64,000 bases of DNA, taken from assembly GCA_030324005.1 (NCBI GenBank), contig JARDVH010000084.1:61754617-61818616 (forward strand), read 5' to 3'. This DNA is from Negaprion brevirostris (lineage: Eukaryota). The notes under the pieces were generated by a model. It was not told the origin of the DNA. It worked only from the letters and a program-made list of their open reading frames with translations, and did no database searches. The position numbers and the translations under genes were made by a program. Of this stretch, positions 12,361-24,039 are shown in pieces; the first letter of the stretch is position 1; each line of letters starts with the position of its first letter.

Positions 12361-14497
12361 GTAGTTAGCTTTGCTTTTTTTATTCCCCCATTCACTTCCT
12401 ATGCTTTTTACATTCTTCTTTCTTCTGCTGTTGTTTCTGCTTCATGTTCTTTCTTTGCATCATGTACCTTTCCTTTAATGCATCCCAGCCCTCAAGCACC
12501 CCCATCAAAAAAACTAGTGTAAAATGTAAAAAGAAATCAGAAAAGGTGGATAATTCTAAAAGACAGAGAATTGCAACAAGCATGTCAAAGCCCTTTATAA
12601 ATGAGTAGAGCAATTTTTAAAGTTGCAATCTTTTATTTTATCTGTTTGTATCATCATTTTGAGATGGTGGACAAAATACATTGTACACTAAATCCATAAC
12701 CAGTATATCACAGATAGGTTGTTTGCTTCTTTATTTGTTCTTCAATTATTTGTTTCCTAGTTTAAACTTTAAATGAGGCAATTATTGACATTCTATCACT
12801 TTTTCAAAGACTGGAAGTGAATTCTTAGGCATAACACAATCCAGTATCTAAAAGCAATTATCACCGAGTTTTGCTGCTTATTTATCCAAGCATGTCACTG
12901 GAAATCTACCTAGTTCTTGAGGCAAGGACAACACTCATAACATAGAATGTGAACACAAGCATGTGATGCAAAAACATAACCTGGAAGGAAGACTTTTATT
13001 GATTCTTTTTCTGGAGGATCTCATAGTGCGTCAGGTTGTGTTATTAAGAATTGGTGAGAGAGATGGATTGGGGCGAAGAAATTGCAAATAATTTTGTACA
13101 GCATCTCCTCATGAAAAACGAAGCAAGGATTTATTTCATTGTTTCCTAGAACATGGATATTGTTTTCCTTGCTAACTGTGGGTTGTAAACAAATATCACA
13201 GCTCTGAGTAAATCCACAGATAATTAACCTCATCAGCTCCCAAGAAACAAAAGATTGGCTGTAACCATTTAGAATACATTAAAAAAATCAGGATTTTGGA
13301 CTATTGCCTAAGTTTAAAGTTCTGGCACACTGTCCATGAATGCCCTGTAGGCCTGTTGTCTAGCATAACACATTAAGAATTTTAAAACTGAATCATGACC
13401 CTCCATTTTTAGTGAGTACCATGTTAGAGCAAATAATAAATAAACTAATGGTTTACACAAAATATAAATTGCATTGAAAATAGGTAAAACAGTAAAAAAA
13501 TCCTCAAGAATTTATAGCTGCAATCGCATAACTCAGGATGTAACAGTTGTACTCAGTTGTATCTTGGACCAGATATTCATACCATATACATATATAGTAT
13601 ATCTTCAATCTATTTGATGGCAGATTGAGCAGCCCACTGGGTGAGAGACTTAATGTGAACCATTTAGCTGCTTTATTTCCCATCAACTAAACATACAGAA
13701 TAACAATTACAATTGAATTCACTTATATCCATCGATACAACTTGCCTTCACATAATAGTATAAAAATAATGAACACTTCAGTGGGCAGCCCTGCTTGACT
13801 TGAAGCTAATTTTCCAACTGCTTGCTCCTTTATTCCATCTGTCTCTCAGACTTTTGTTGCCTGACTAGCTCCAGCTTTTGCATCTCTCGTGATTTTTTTT
13901 AAGAAGTCAGAATTCAGCATCAGCTGTTCGTGAAACTGATTCCCTCACCACCACCTCTCTTCTTTGCTCCCGATCCATTTCAAAATGGAATCCAGCAGCA
14001 AAACCTGACAGTGATCCCTGCTGAATTTGTAAAGATAAAAGTTGATGTAACAGTGCTCTCTGGAATGACAAACTATCTCCTCATGTCTCTGGCATGCAAG
14101 TTCAGGTATTCCAGCTAAAATTGATTGGCACCTGAGTGCCCTACTGTGCTGTGAATTTTATTCTTCCAGAGCTATGTTAGTCCAATAGTATCATTTTAAC
14201 ATACATTGCTCCCAAGATTCAGCCAAGAGCTCTGAAATCCTGAAAAAATGGTAGTTAGCTATAAGCATTCCACTTAGAATTTTAAAATAATTTTATTACA
14301 TTATTAATGTGTTCTGAGCTCATTGGTGGCAGTTTATCTACCCACCTTATCTTTCTGTTCACTATGAGTTAACTTGAGATCTGTTGCCTCCTCTGAACTG
14401 CAGGCAATCCAAACAAGTTGTGATACAGAATTATTTTTTGATTTTCTTCTTTTCGAGTCACACTGAAATATAACAAGTGATGGGAAACGCTAACAAG

Positions 14498-15285
14498 GAC
14501 TCAGATTCTGCTCCTGTGTCAAGTGTTCAGAGATGGGAAAATTCCCAGCGGAGAGTGTTGAGATAGATTAGAAGTCAGGCCCTGCAACCTCCTGTGCTCC
14601 AGCATGGTGTTGAATTAAATAACAAATAAGAATAAAATGAAAAAAGCCCTCCCCATCCAACATCCCCATGCTCCATCTACGCCATACTATGCCACCTCAT
14701 TCCCCTCACCCTCCATGGCCCCCATACTTCCTTTGGCAACCCAAGCCCCTGTATCCACCTCCATAGCCCCTCATACCCCTATGAAGGGCCTATGATGGCC
14801 CCTTAATGCCAACTTGTGGTGACCTGTACTCCTCACCCAGCACCCTTTGCCCTTACTCCCCACTTGCCAACTCACCTAATATCCTTTGACAGTTCTTTGA
14901 CAGCTTGAGTTTATGCATTTTTGATGCACAATTGTGTTTACTTTTAACAGCCATAAAGTTTGCCTTACTTTTCTCAAAGGATGTCTCACCTCTCCCACGG
15001 GTGTCTTGCAACCCAATCCAAAGGAATATCTTACCTCTTTAAAGGGGTTCACGGGCCATCTTCTGATTTCCAACTTCTGATTTCCTTGGTCTGATTTGCA
15101 TACTTTGGATTTCACACTCTTGGCCTACAGAAATCCCACTTCAGTGGTGCTTCAATTGGCCATCTATCTCCAAGAAGTATGCATGTGCAAACTCCAATCT
15201 GATTGTTCACCTCCCCTGCAAGAACAGAACGTGCCCTTTTTGGGAGTGGGAGTGAAAATTTCACTACGGTGAAAATCTGGGCCTG
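14498..15285. mobile_element. Degenerate MITE
   Basis: GACTCAGATTCT left end / GAAAATCTGGGCC right end; C-rich interior typical of this family in the window. Confidence 0.55.
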
Positions 15286-15724
15286 AAATTCTATCTCTGT
15301 CAACATGCATTTACTGACCTGTTAAGTGTTTCCAGTATTTTCCGTTTTTATTTCAGAAATGTGAACAATTGTTTAATGATGTATATGAATAGATAGCCAT
15401 GAAATATGTCCTTCTGCATCATTGGTTTATCATGCAGATCATCATATCTCAACACTTAGGCCTCCAGATAACTGTGGACACATCTACCCAACTTTGTGAA
15501 AATGGACACATGGAATGACCGAGATCCATACTTGCTCCTCTAATTCTTCATATGCCACGTTCCTTATTTTGGGCACATTTTTAGGATAAGATATTTTGCA
15601 CTTGCCCACAGAGATAACAAAGTAAAAAGTTGACATTGGGTTATCACAAGAACCCTACAACAAACATTACAAAGCAATCTTGGTAAGCAATCTTGTTGCA
15701 CTGTATTTGTCTTCCAAAGAAAGA

Positions 15725-15920
15725 TTGGACAATTTTGGTTTATATTCCTGGAGTTTAGAAGAATCAGAGGAGTTCGAATTGAGGTGGTCAAAATGATCAG
15801 GGATATTGACAACTTAAACTTGGAGAGGATGTCTCTTCTAGTTGTGCAATCTATAAAGAAACCATAGTTTTAGGATAAGGGCTGGCACATTTAATACAGA
15901 GGTGAGGAGAAATTTTTTAT
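15725..15920 (+). mobile_element. CR1 3' fragment
   Basis: LYSWSLEESEEFEL region corresponds to the CR1 'LFSLE.RRLRGDLIE' segment with frameshifts. Confidence 0.65.
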
Positions 15921-16627
15921 CTTCAATATGCATCACCTGCTCTCAATTTTATCAAAGCAATCATAGGGCATAGAGTGGCCTCTATGCCCTATGGCCTTCT
16001 GTTGCTTGACACAGAGTTGCTTTTTTAAAATACAACCATTCACTTGCAATGAACCTTTGCACCTGTTGGCATCAACCCAAAGAACAATGAAAATTACAAC
16101 ACAGGAACAGGCCCTTCAGTCCTCCAAGCCTGCACCAACCATGCTGCCCGACTGAACTAAAATCCCAAAGAACAAAGAAAATTGCTACCATTGTCTAATT
16201 GCACCACAGAGGTAAACCATTGGCATTAATGGCATTCTGTTTCTCCAGAAGGGATACAGACCAGATAAAAGGGTGGTAGATTGCATGACTCCACATTTTC
16301 CCAAATGATTATTTGGATGTAAGAATCAGTATTTTTGTACAGTTAAGGCTCACAATCTAATTTTTCTCCAAATCACCAATGTTCACTGGCAGGGCATATT
16401 TTGACTTAGTGCGGTCCAGTAAAATGTTGGATAGCATGTAAGGAGAGATGTAAGATCAACTGCGNNNNNNNNNNCTTAACACCATTCTACAAGTGTGAGT
16501 TTTAATGCCCTCCATGGAGGGTTTGGTGGAAGGATGCCTTTAATCGGGCACAATGGTTGTAGGTCTGCCCCAAAATGCCTATGGCATGAAGGCCCATGGA
16601 CTGTTTACCTGCCCAGCTGCCAATTGA

Positions 16628-17509
16628 TGAGTACCTACTTTGAGTAAACAAGATCTTATTTCAGAGTGAATTGAGAGCAGGTGATGCATATTGAAGTTTG
16701 TACTTAAGAGCTGGGCTTTTCCCCAGTGAGGGAAGCATCTGGACAAGCAGAGAATCTACAAGTTTAGAGTGGAAACCAGCATATGTACTGAACTATAAGA
16801 CCAATGTTTTCCCATTTTTTGGCAAAGTGTTGTCTTGGGCAGGAAAAGCAGAGCTGACAAGTTTTCCTGCTGAATTTTCANNNNNNNNNNNNNNNNNNNN
16901 NNNNNNNNNNNNNNNNNNNNNNNNNNNNNNNNNNNNNNNNNNNNNNNNNNNNNNNNNNNNNNNNNNNNNNNNNNNNNNNNTTCAAACACTTTAACAAAAT
17001 AAATAAAATGGGGGGGTAAGAGTTAGCCCTGCCAGCAACTTAGGTTCTGGAAGGTCAAAGGGTGCCCCAATTAAAAAAAAAGCAAACACCCCACACATCC
17101 CAAAAGCATAACCCTCTCCTCCCTGGGTGGCACAGCTCACCTGTGCACCTCTGGTAGGTTCTACTCACCAGGTGCAGTTGTGGGGTACCTGTCATGATCC
17201 ATTTTGGTATGCCCTGACACTGACATGAATGGGCAATTTAACATGGTGGGGTGGGGGAATCTGATAATGGGACTCAAATTCATGTAAATTACAATCCCAG
17301 CTTTTATAGTCAGGATTCCCACTACATCACTGGCAGAGAGTGGGGACAATCGAGCGGGGAATCCCACCAGCAGAAAAGCCATTTTAGGACTTAAGCATGA
17401 TTCTCCGCCCTGCATTAGTCCTGGTCATTGTATCACAATAGAACTGTTGCAAACTGCCAGGATGGCCTCTGCCACGTAATTTGGTAAATGGATATTCACC
17501 AATTGAACA
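16628..17509 (+). repeat. Copia 5' LTR, interrupted by a MITE at about 16797-17415
   Basis: 16628-16795 aligns to 21941-22111; 17429-17509 aligns to 22240-22312. Confidence 0.85.
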
Positions 17510-17523
17510 TGGTAGCAGAGGAT
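17510..17523 (+). promoter_or_regulatory. Primer-binding site, initiator tRNA-Met
   Basis: TGGTAGCAGAGGAT directly after the LTR CA end; complementary to the 3' end of animal tRNAi-Met (..ATCCTCTGCTACCA). Confidence 0.9.
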
Positions 17524-17616
17524 TGACCTCAATCTCTTCAGGTGGGAAGATAAAGAAAATAGAAACCAATCCCTGTTTCAGAGAAAAGCAAAGCTTCCTA
17601 CGGCTTTTGAGGTGAA

Positions 17617-18605
17617 ATGGCAGTATCAAGCTGCAAGATTAGAAACAATAATTACCCGCCAGTCTTTTCAGAATTGGAACCATGTGAACAATAGAAAAAC
17701 AAGGTGGAGAGGTAGTCTCGGGTCACTACTCTAGACAAGAGCATGCAAGGTACAGCTTTGGTCTTGGCTTTATCAAAAAGAAGAAAGATTGGAAATAAAG
17801 TATTTTCGGAACTGAATGTATCTGACTTCAGTACTGAAGAGGGAGCCAATTCTCCTACAATTTGTGAACAGAATTTACAAGAATAATGACTTCTGAGAAG
17901 CCTACACAGCGTGGTCAATAATTCAAGAATTTAAGAAAACAAACATATAAAACGTCTATAAAAAAAAGTCATTGATTTTCAGAGGTTATACAAAAGACTA
18001 AAGAAATTTGATCTAGATTTTCTAAAGTCTGCATTTGCATTCAGATTGTTAGATCGTGCCTAAACCTCACATGTGGACAGACTTTTGGTTTTGGTTCAAT
18101 TTTGTGACTTTCTCTAAAAAAGAATTTGGGGAAAAAATGGTTTCCAGCTACCTTGGTGGATCATCATAGAATTGTCACATCGCAGAAGGAGGCCATTCAG
18201 CCCATCAAGTCTGCACCAACAATGTCCCACTCAGGCCCTATCCCCATAATCCCACATATTTACCCTGCTAATCCTCCTGACACTCAGGAACAATTTATCA
18301 CAGCCAATCCACCTAACCTGCACACCTTTGGAGATGTTAAAAATTCTGCAGTGGTACAGAGAATGGAGGACTCCACGATTACTGATTCTCAAAATCAATT
18401 GAGGCCTAATTGCAGGCCCCTGTACAAAGATGGAATTGCTCGAAGACATCCTGAGGTGGATCGTACTTTTAATAAACTTGTGAATCAACGAGTAAAGCAA
18501 GACTGAGATGATAGCTGACAACGAACGAATCCCACAATTCCCGGGAAGTAATTACTAAGTATTTCGGGTGCGACTCTAAATATCCCTGTGAAAGGAATTG
18601 TTCAG
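17617..18605 (+). pseudogene. Copia gag remnant with degenerate zinc knuckle; HE1 insertion inside
   Basis: MAVSSCKIRNNNYPPVFSELEPCEQ*KNKVER*SRVTTLDKSMQGTALVLAL...KVFSEL; knuckle-like KYFGCDSKYPCERNC near 18557-18601. Confidence 0.7.
18163..18331 (-). mobile_element. HE1-type SINE fragment nested in copia gag
   Basis: GCCAATCCACCTAACCTGCAC core, CATAGAA..GCAGAAGGAGGCCATTCAGCCCATC tail. Confidence 0.85.
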
Positions 18606-18614
18606 GCTGAGAAT

Positions 18615-19330
18615 ATCTACTGTAGCAACAAGGACAGACAGATAATAGTGGAAAAAGTCATAGAAAAATGCACCAGAATAGGCCTTGGGTCACCAACAAA
18701 ATCCTTTACAGATAGTGGAGGTAAATTTGCAAATGAAGAAGCTAAGAATATTTGTGAGAACGTAAAATTGGCAATGCACCCTGCTGGAGAAACTCCATTC
18801 AGCAATGGCTTGTGTGAAAGAAACCATGCCATAGTTGATGAAATTTTACATGAAATACTGGCAAATTAGCCATGCTGCAAGTTAAAAACAGCACTGGCAT
18901 GGGCAGTGCATGCGGAAAATTCATTACAGAGGACTGGGGAGTTGCTGGGGAGAGAGTGGTTGGTGGGTGGCATAGCTCATACCAATTAGTATATGGCCGA
19001 ATCTAAAATTGCCTTCAGGACTATATGATGATCCTGCAGCACTGGAGGGAATGACTATTAGCTCTACTCTTCCTTCTCGCTTAAATGTGCTACATGCTGG
19101 CAGAAAAGCGNNNNNNNNNNNNNAAGTAGCAGAAAAAATTAGGAGAGTTTTAAAACATCGTATAAGGCTGTCTGAGGAAGGTTTATGTTCCGGTGACATG
19201 GTTTATTGTAAGAGAGAAGAACACAGGGAATGAAGCAGTGCGGGAAAAAATATTAGATGTAATGGGAAAACTCTAATAATGCGACATGGGAATTAGATCA
19301 CAAAAGCACATTCTTCACAAGTAATGGGGA
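18615..19330 (+). pseudogene. Copia integrase core and C-terminal remnant
   Basis: GLGSPTKSFTDSGGKFANEE...GETPFSNGLCERNHAIVDEIL (rve D,D35E-type region). Confidence 0.85.
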
Positions 19331-19644
19331 TGAGTTATGGACTTTCAAATCCAGAAAAGATGGCAATGGTAATGATAATGTACTATGCATATCAGGAGTT
19401 CTACAATTTGGAGCCAGAGGAGCAGGATTTGAGAGCTCAAGAAATACATACTGATACGTGTATCGATCATCAAGAACATGAAAAAATAATCTCATGCAGG
19501 GGTCGGTTGCCTAAAATAGGTTCCAGAGTGGTGTATTGAACAGAAGGATCAGACAACTGGAGGGACGCCATGATATTGGCACAATAAGAGATGTCTACAG
19601 CCAAATACAAAAATTGGCTAAATGTCCAAGATGGGGCGGCAGGG

Positions 19645-20125
19645 CGGCATGGTGGCACAGTGATTGGCACTGCTGCTTCACAGCATCAGGGACCCGGGTT
19701 CAAATCTGGCCTTGGGTCACTGTTTGCACATTCTCCCCTTGTCTGCATGGGTTTCCTCCAGAGGCTCTGGTTTCTTCCCACAGTCCAAAGAGGTGCANNN
19801 NNNNNNNNNNNNNNNNNNNNNNNNNNNNNNNNNNNNNNNNNNNNNNNNNNNNNNNNNNNNNNNNNNNNNNNNNNNNNNNNNNNNNNNNNNNNNNNNNTCT
19901 GGTTTCTTCCCACAGTCCAAAGAGGTGCAGTTTAGGTGGATTGGCCCCTTACTGTTGGCCGCTTAGTTTCGCAAGATGTGTAGGTTAGACAGATTAGTCA
20001 TGGTAAATGTGTGGGTTACAGAGTTGGGGGGGAGGTGGCACTGGGTAAGATACTCTGCCAGAGAGTTGGTGCAGACTCAGTTGGCCAAATGACCTCTTCT
20101 GCATTGCAGGGATTCTATGACTCTA
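19645..20125 (+). mobile_element. HE1 V-SINE, full length, nested in copia
   Basis: tRNA-like head GGCATGGTGGCACAGTG..GGGTTCAAAT, V-domain, CR1-type tail GGGATTCTATG. Confidence 0.9.
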
Positions 20126-20419
20126 TAAGGGGCAAGAGATGAAGGCCATTGATTGGCGGCAGAGAGTATATGTGTGGTAAATGAGGAAACATAGTTCAAG
20201 TACTGATTCGGGAGTTATGTCTGGGAAGGGGAAAAAATCACTTACACTTACAGTACAAAGGATTTCTAGTAGACATTCTGATGGGAGTAGTCCAGAGAGG
20301 TCTCAAAATGAAAAAAAAGCCCGTAGCCTGAAAAGGCAGCAGTGCGTGAGAAATAGAGATAGCATGGGAAATAGAGAGCCTTCTCGGACAAACAACAGTA
20401 GATAGTAGGTTTCTCTTGA

Positions 20420-21370
20420 TCAAGAAGTATTTGCAGCTACTAGTAGGTTAGAAGATAAAGCGATTAATAGGCTAAACTAAGAGAGTTACAAAGCTGGAAA
20501 AGAATTTGGGGCATATTCAGAGGTTGATAATTGAGGTCAACCTGCTCTGTCATACAGATGGATTTGTACACATAAGGTAGACTAATATCCTACCAGATGA
20601 CACTTATAAGACTGAGGCTAGGTTGGTACCTAGAGGTTTTGAGGAATGTTTGGGAGATGGACAGATCAGGTTCAACTCCCCCACTGCCAGTATGATTGAT
20701 TTGGAAGATCTTTTTAGCGGTTTTTCTTGTTCTTGGAAGTGTAAATCCATAAATGTCAAGGAGACTTTCCTTCAACGACCCTGCTCAAGAAGGAAACATT
20801 CTTACAACCTCCAAAGGAAGCACCAGGAATAGAGGAGAAGTGCTGGAAATTGAGCAAATGTGTTTATGGTTAAATGATATGGTATTTTTCAGTAAGGGTA
20901 GCTCTGTTAACGTTAGGGAGTTCGCAACTAGAGGCAAACTCAGCTGTGTTCTTCTGGCACTGTTATGGAAAAACTTGCAAGAATTTTTATGATGCATGTG
21001 GACAGTTATCTGTGGGGTGCACTAGTGACTTTGAAGAAAATATTATTACTCAGATTAAGAAGAGATTTAAAATTGGCAGTCAAGCTTCTGGAGCTTTCAA
21101 ATATATGGGTTTTAAGATTAAGCAGGGCGAGTCAGATGCAATTTGACATCAACAGTCTTACTTGGACAATGTCAGTCCTATCACAATTTGTCATACTAGG
21201 TTTGGACAGAAAGATGTAGCTGCTACCAAAGATGAAATGGAATAGCTGAGGAGTCTCGTTGGACAGCTCAATGGGTTAGGCATACAAACAGGGCTGGATG
21301 TAAGTTTTGATGTGCTGGAACTTAGTCCTGTCATGAAAACCTAAAGGTGGAGGATATCTTGAGTGCAAAT
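20420..21370 (+). pseudogene. Copia reverse transcriptase remnant
   Basis: EARLVPRGFEE, NSPTA, CLWLND (YGLND-like), MHVDSYLWG (YVDD-like site), FKYMGFKIKQ. Confidence 0.85.
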
Positions 21371-21399
21371 AAACTTATTAAAAAATTAAAATAGGGAAG

Positions 21400-21848
21400 T
21401 GTATGCCAAATTTCCCAGCTTTGGGTGATCCCATTAACATGAAATTAATCATTTTTGCTAATGTCTTTGGTAATGGATTTTCCAATGCAAGAGGATTTCT
21501 TGTGGGAGAGAATGGGAACACTTGTCCCCAGCATGGGAGGCAAAGAAAGTGGAATAGTGAAGAGCACACTAGCCACAGAAACTCCTTCACTGTTGATGCT
21601 ATTGATCTGACATTCTGTTTGTCCAAGATCTTGGAGGAAATGCTGTATAAAACAAAGAGACTGATAGAATGTTAACATAGATAACTGATCCTTATGGGAC
21701 AATGTGCATTCTACAAGATGTGTAAATGCAAATAGGCTTAGGATAGACAGAGCCAGTCTAAAGCAGATGTTGGAGAGCAAAGAAGTCTGTAAGTTAGGTT
21801 GATAATACTACTCACCAATTAACAGTTTGCTTCATTCTCACCAAGGGG
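21400..21848 (+). pseudogene. Copia RNase H remnant
   Basis: IDN*SLWDNVHSTRCVNANRLRIDRASLKQMLE and HQLTVCFILTKG (QLADxxTK-like). Confidence 0.75.
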
Positions 21849-21940
21849 CCGGTGCAAAACGGATTTTTGGCCTCTCACGCTATCCTCCCAGCTCGTCATG
21901 CTGATTGACCAGCATGGCAAGCTGGTAAGATTGCACCCTA

Positions 21941-22312
21941 TGAACACCTACTTTTTGAGTAAACCAGGTCTTGCTTCAGTGTAAATTGGGAACAACTGAT
22001 GCCCATTCAAACTTGTATGCAAGAACTGGGATTTTCCGCAGTGAAGGGAGTGTCTGGACAGGGTGAAGATCCAGAAGGGAAGAGTGGAAACCAGTGGTGG
22101 TACTGAGCTTTAGGGTAGGATTTTACAGCCTCGCCCGAACAAGACCGGAAATTCCCACTTGCCGTCAGCGGACATTTCGTTGTCCACCCCTCGTCCACTC
22201 CGATTCCATGGTGGGCGAGGCGGTAGAGTTCCAGCAATAGTGTCGCAATAAAACTGTCATGAACCATCAAATTGTCTTCTGCTGCCTAATTCAGTAATTC
22301 ACCTATTGAACA
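21941..22312 (+). repeat. Copia 3' LTR, interrupted by a MITE at about 22113-22235
   Basis: Begins TGAACACCTAC, ends TTCACCTATTGAACA, followed by the ATTGA TSD. Confidence 0.85.
22113..22235. mobile_element. ~125-bp MITE
   Basis: GGGTAGGATTTTAC / GTAGAGTTCCAGC inverted ends; related copies at 26400-26526 and 54357-54492. Confidence 0.75.
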
Positions 22313-23019
22313 ATTGATGCCCTCAAGTGGGCAATGAAATGCCATCCAGCGGCAGGTAGATGTGAAGGTTGCCATTAGAATCTCCCTTATTCAAAGGTAC
22401 AGTGCCTGATTGAGAGAGCTGGCATCAGGGAGTGGAGTTTACTGAAACCAGCTCTATCCTACAGTGCATCTCCAACCATCAGTGCCCAGCTCAGTGCTTG
22501 AGTGGCTTTTAATTCAGCGGGCCTTCTTTAAAAGAGGCAATCTGGGTATGTCGCCAGTTCTCCAGCCGGCAGGCTAAATCTATGTCGCCTAAATTGAATG
22601 CAGCATACAGAATCTATCACTACATGTTTGAAATGTTTTTCAGACAGAGTGTGTCATTGCAGAGATGATCATGCCCTGACAGTTAGCCTGATTAATATTG
22701 TCCAATGACAGCTGTTTCACAGTTAAAATAAATTGCATTATGTATGTGAATTCCCTGTGGTGCAACATAAGCCTCGCACACTTTGAAAAGAGTGACTGAG
22801 AATCCCTGCCCTGTACAATTGTCTTTATTTGAACTAAAGTACCCTGTGATGTAAAGACAATAGAATTGTCCACCAAGAATTCACAACATTATTAAATATT
22901 AAATACTGTGGATATATAGATACTAAAAGGAGGGTGATGTAAAGGAATACAAAGAAATTCAAAAATAAGTTAAAAAACAATGAGGAACGCAAAGAGAAAC
23001 AAAATTAAATGATGTGGAA

Positions 23020-24035
23020 ATATATTAAAAAATAATGTTTTCTTAAGATGCATAAACAAGACAATAATAGAGGCTAACACTCAGGTCACTGAAGGTTAGA
23101 CATGATGGATCCACAAGTGATAACAGTAAAATAGCAGAAATATTAAATAATTACTTTGTCTTGTTATTTACCAAGGCAGCTTAAGTAATTGCATGAAGCT
23201 AGAAGAACATATATGAAGACATTTCAGATTTTAAAAAGGGGGCAGATGACTAATGAACTAATGGAAAAAAAAACCCTAGTCAAGATGGATTACATTCATG
23301 CATATTAAGTACATTAGGCAAAAGATGAGGTACTATTACACACATATATAAAACTTCATTAGAAAAGGAAATACTGTCAAATGGCTGAAAGATAGCTGTT
23401 GTGATTCTTATACTTAAGGGAGAGAGAACAAACCTTGGGACTTATAGATCAGATAGCTCAATATTGGTGGTAGGAAAGATGATGGCATCCTTATTCACTG
23501 ATATAATAAAAAAATCTACAAACTGAAAAAAATGATGAAAGAATAGTCAGCATGGATTTCAGAAGCTAAGGTCATTCTTGACTTATTGCGTTACTTGAAG
23601 AAGTGACAGAAAGAACAGGCAAGAATAACGCAGCACATATAATATACTGAGACTTTCAAATGGCCTTTAAGGCTCATGTCAAAGGTCAGAACATATAGAG
23701 ATTAAGTGCAGAACAGATAGCAAGCTGGCTCTAAACCAGAAAACACAGCAGAGGTTAAATATATTTACTCCCTCTGACAAAATATGATATGGATCAATGC
23801 CTGGACCTTTTTTGTGTACAATTTACATAAACAATTTGAATTCTGGATTGGAAATACAATATCAACAAAGTCAAATTGGGAGTAAAATCAATGCAAAGGA
23901 GGGTAGCAAACAAATACTGGAAGATACTGAACTTGTAGAGTAAGGATATATCTTCCCAATTACTTCAATATAGATCAGTGTGAAGTGGTACGTTGTGTAA
24001 GAAGGGTAAAGAGGACACATACTCCTTGGGAAATA
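23020..24035 (+). mobile_element. Old CR1 ORF2 fragment
   Basis: AEILNNYFVLLFT, SQHGFQK motifs; heavily decayed. Confidence 0.75.
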
Positions 24036-24039
24036 AAGC

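Larger units (their letters stand above)
16628..22312 (+). mobile_element. Full-span, degenerate Ty1/copia LTR retrotransposon
   Basis: Paired TG..CA LTRs, ATTGA TSD at 16623-16627 and 22313-22317, PBS, gag, integrase before RT, then RNase H. Confidence 0.9.
16390..22620. mobile_element. Old MITE split in two (about 16390-16627 and 22313-22620) by the copia insertion
   Basis: Rejoining the flanks gives GCTGCCAATTGA|TGCCCTCAAGTGGGCAAT, matching the MITE motif seen in reverse at 15135-15161. Confidence 0.6.

Noticed and set aside
21810-21824. ACTCACCAATTAACA, resembling the LTR end
   Set aside because: Lies in the RNase H HQL codons; the real 3' LTR with TSD is at 21941-22312
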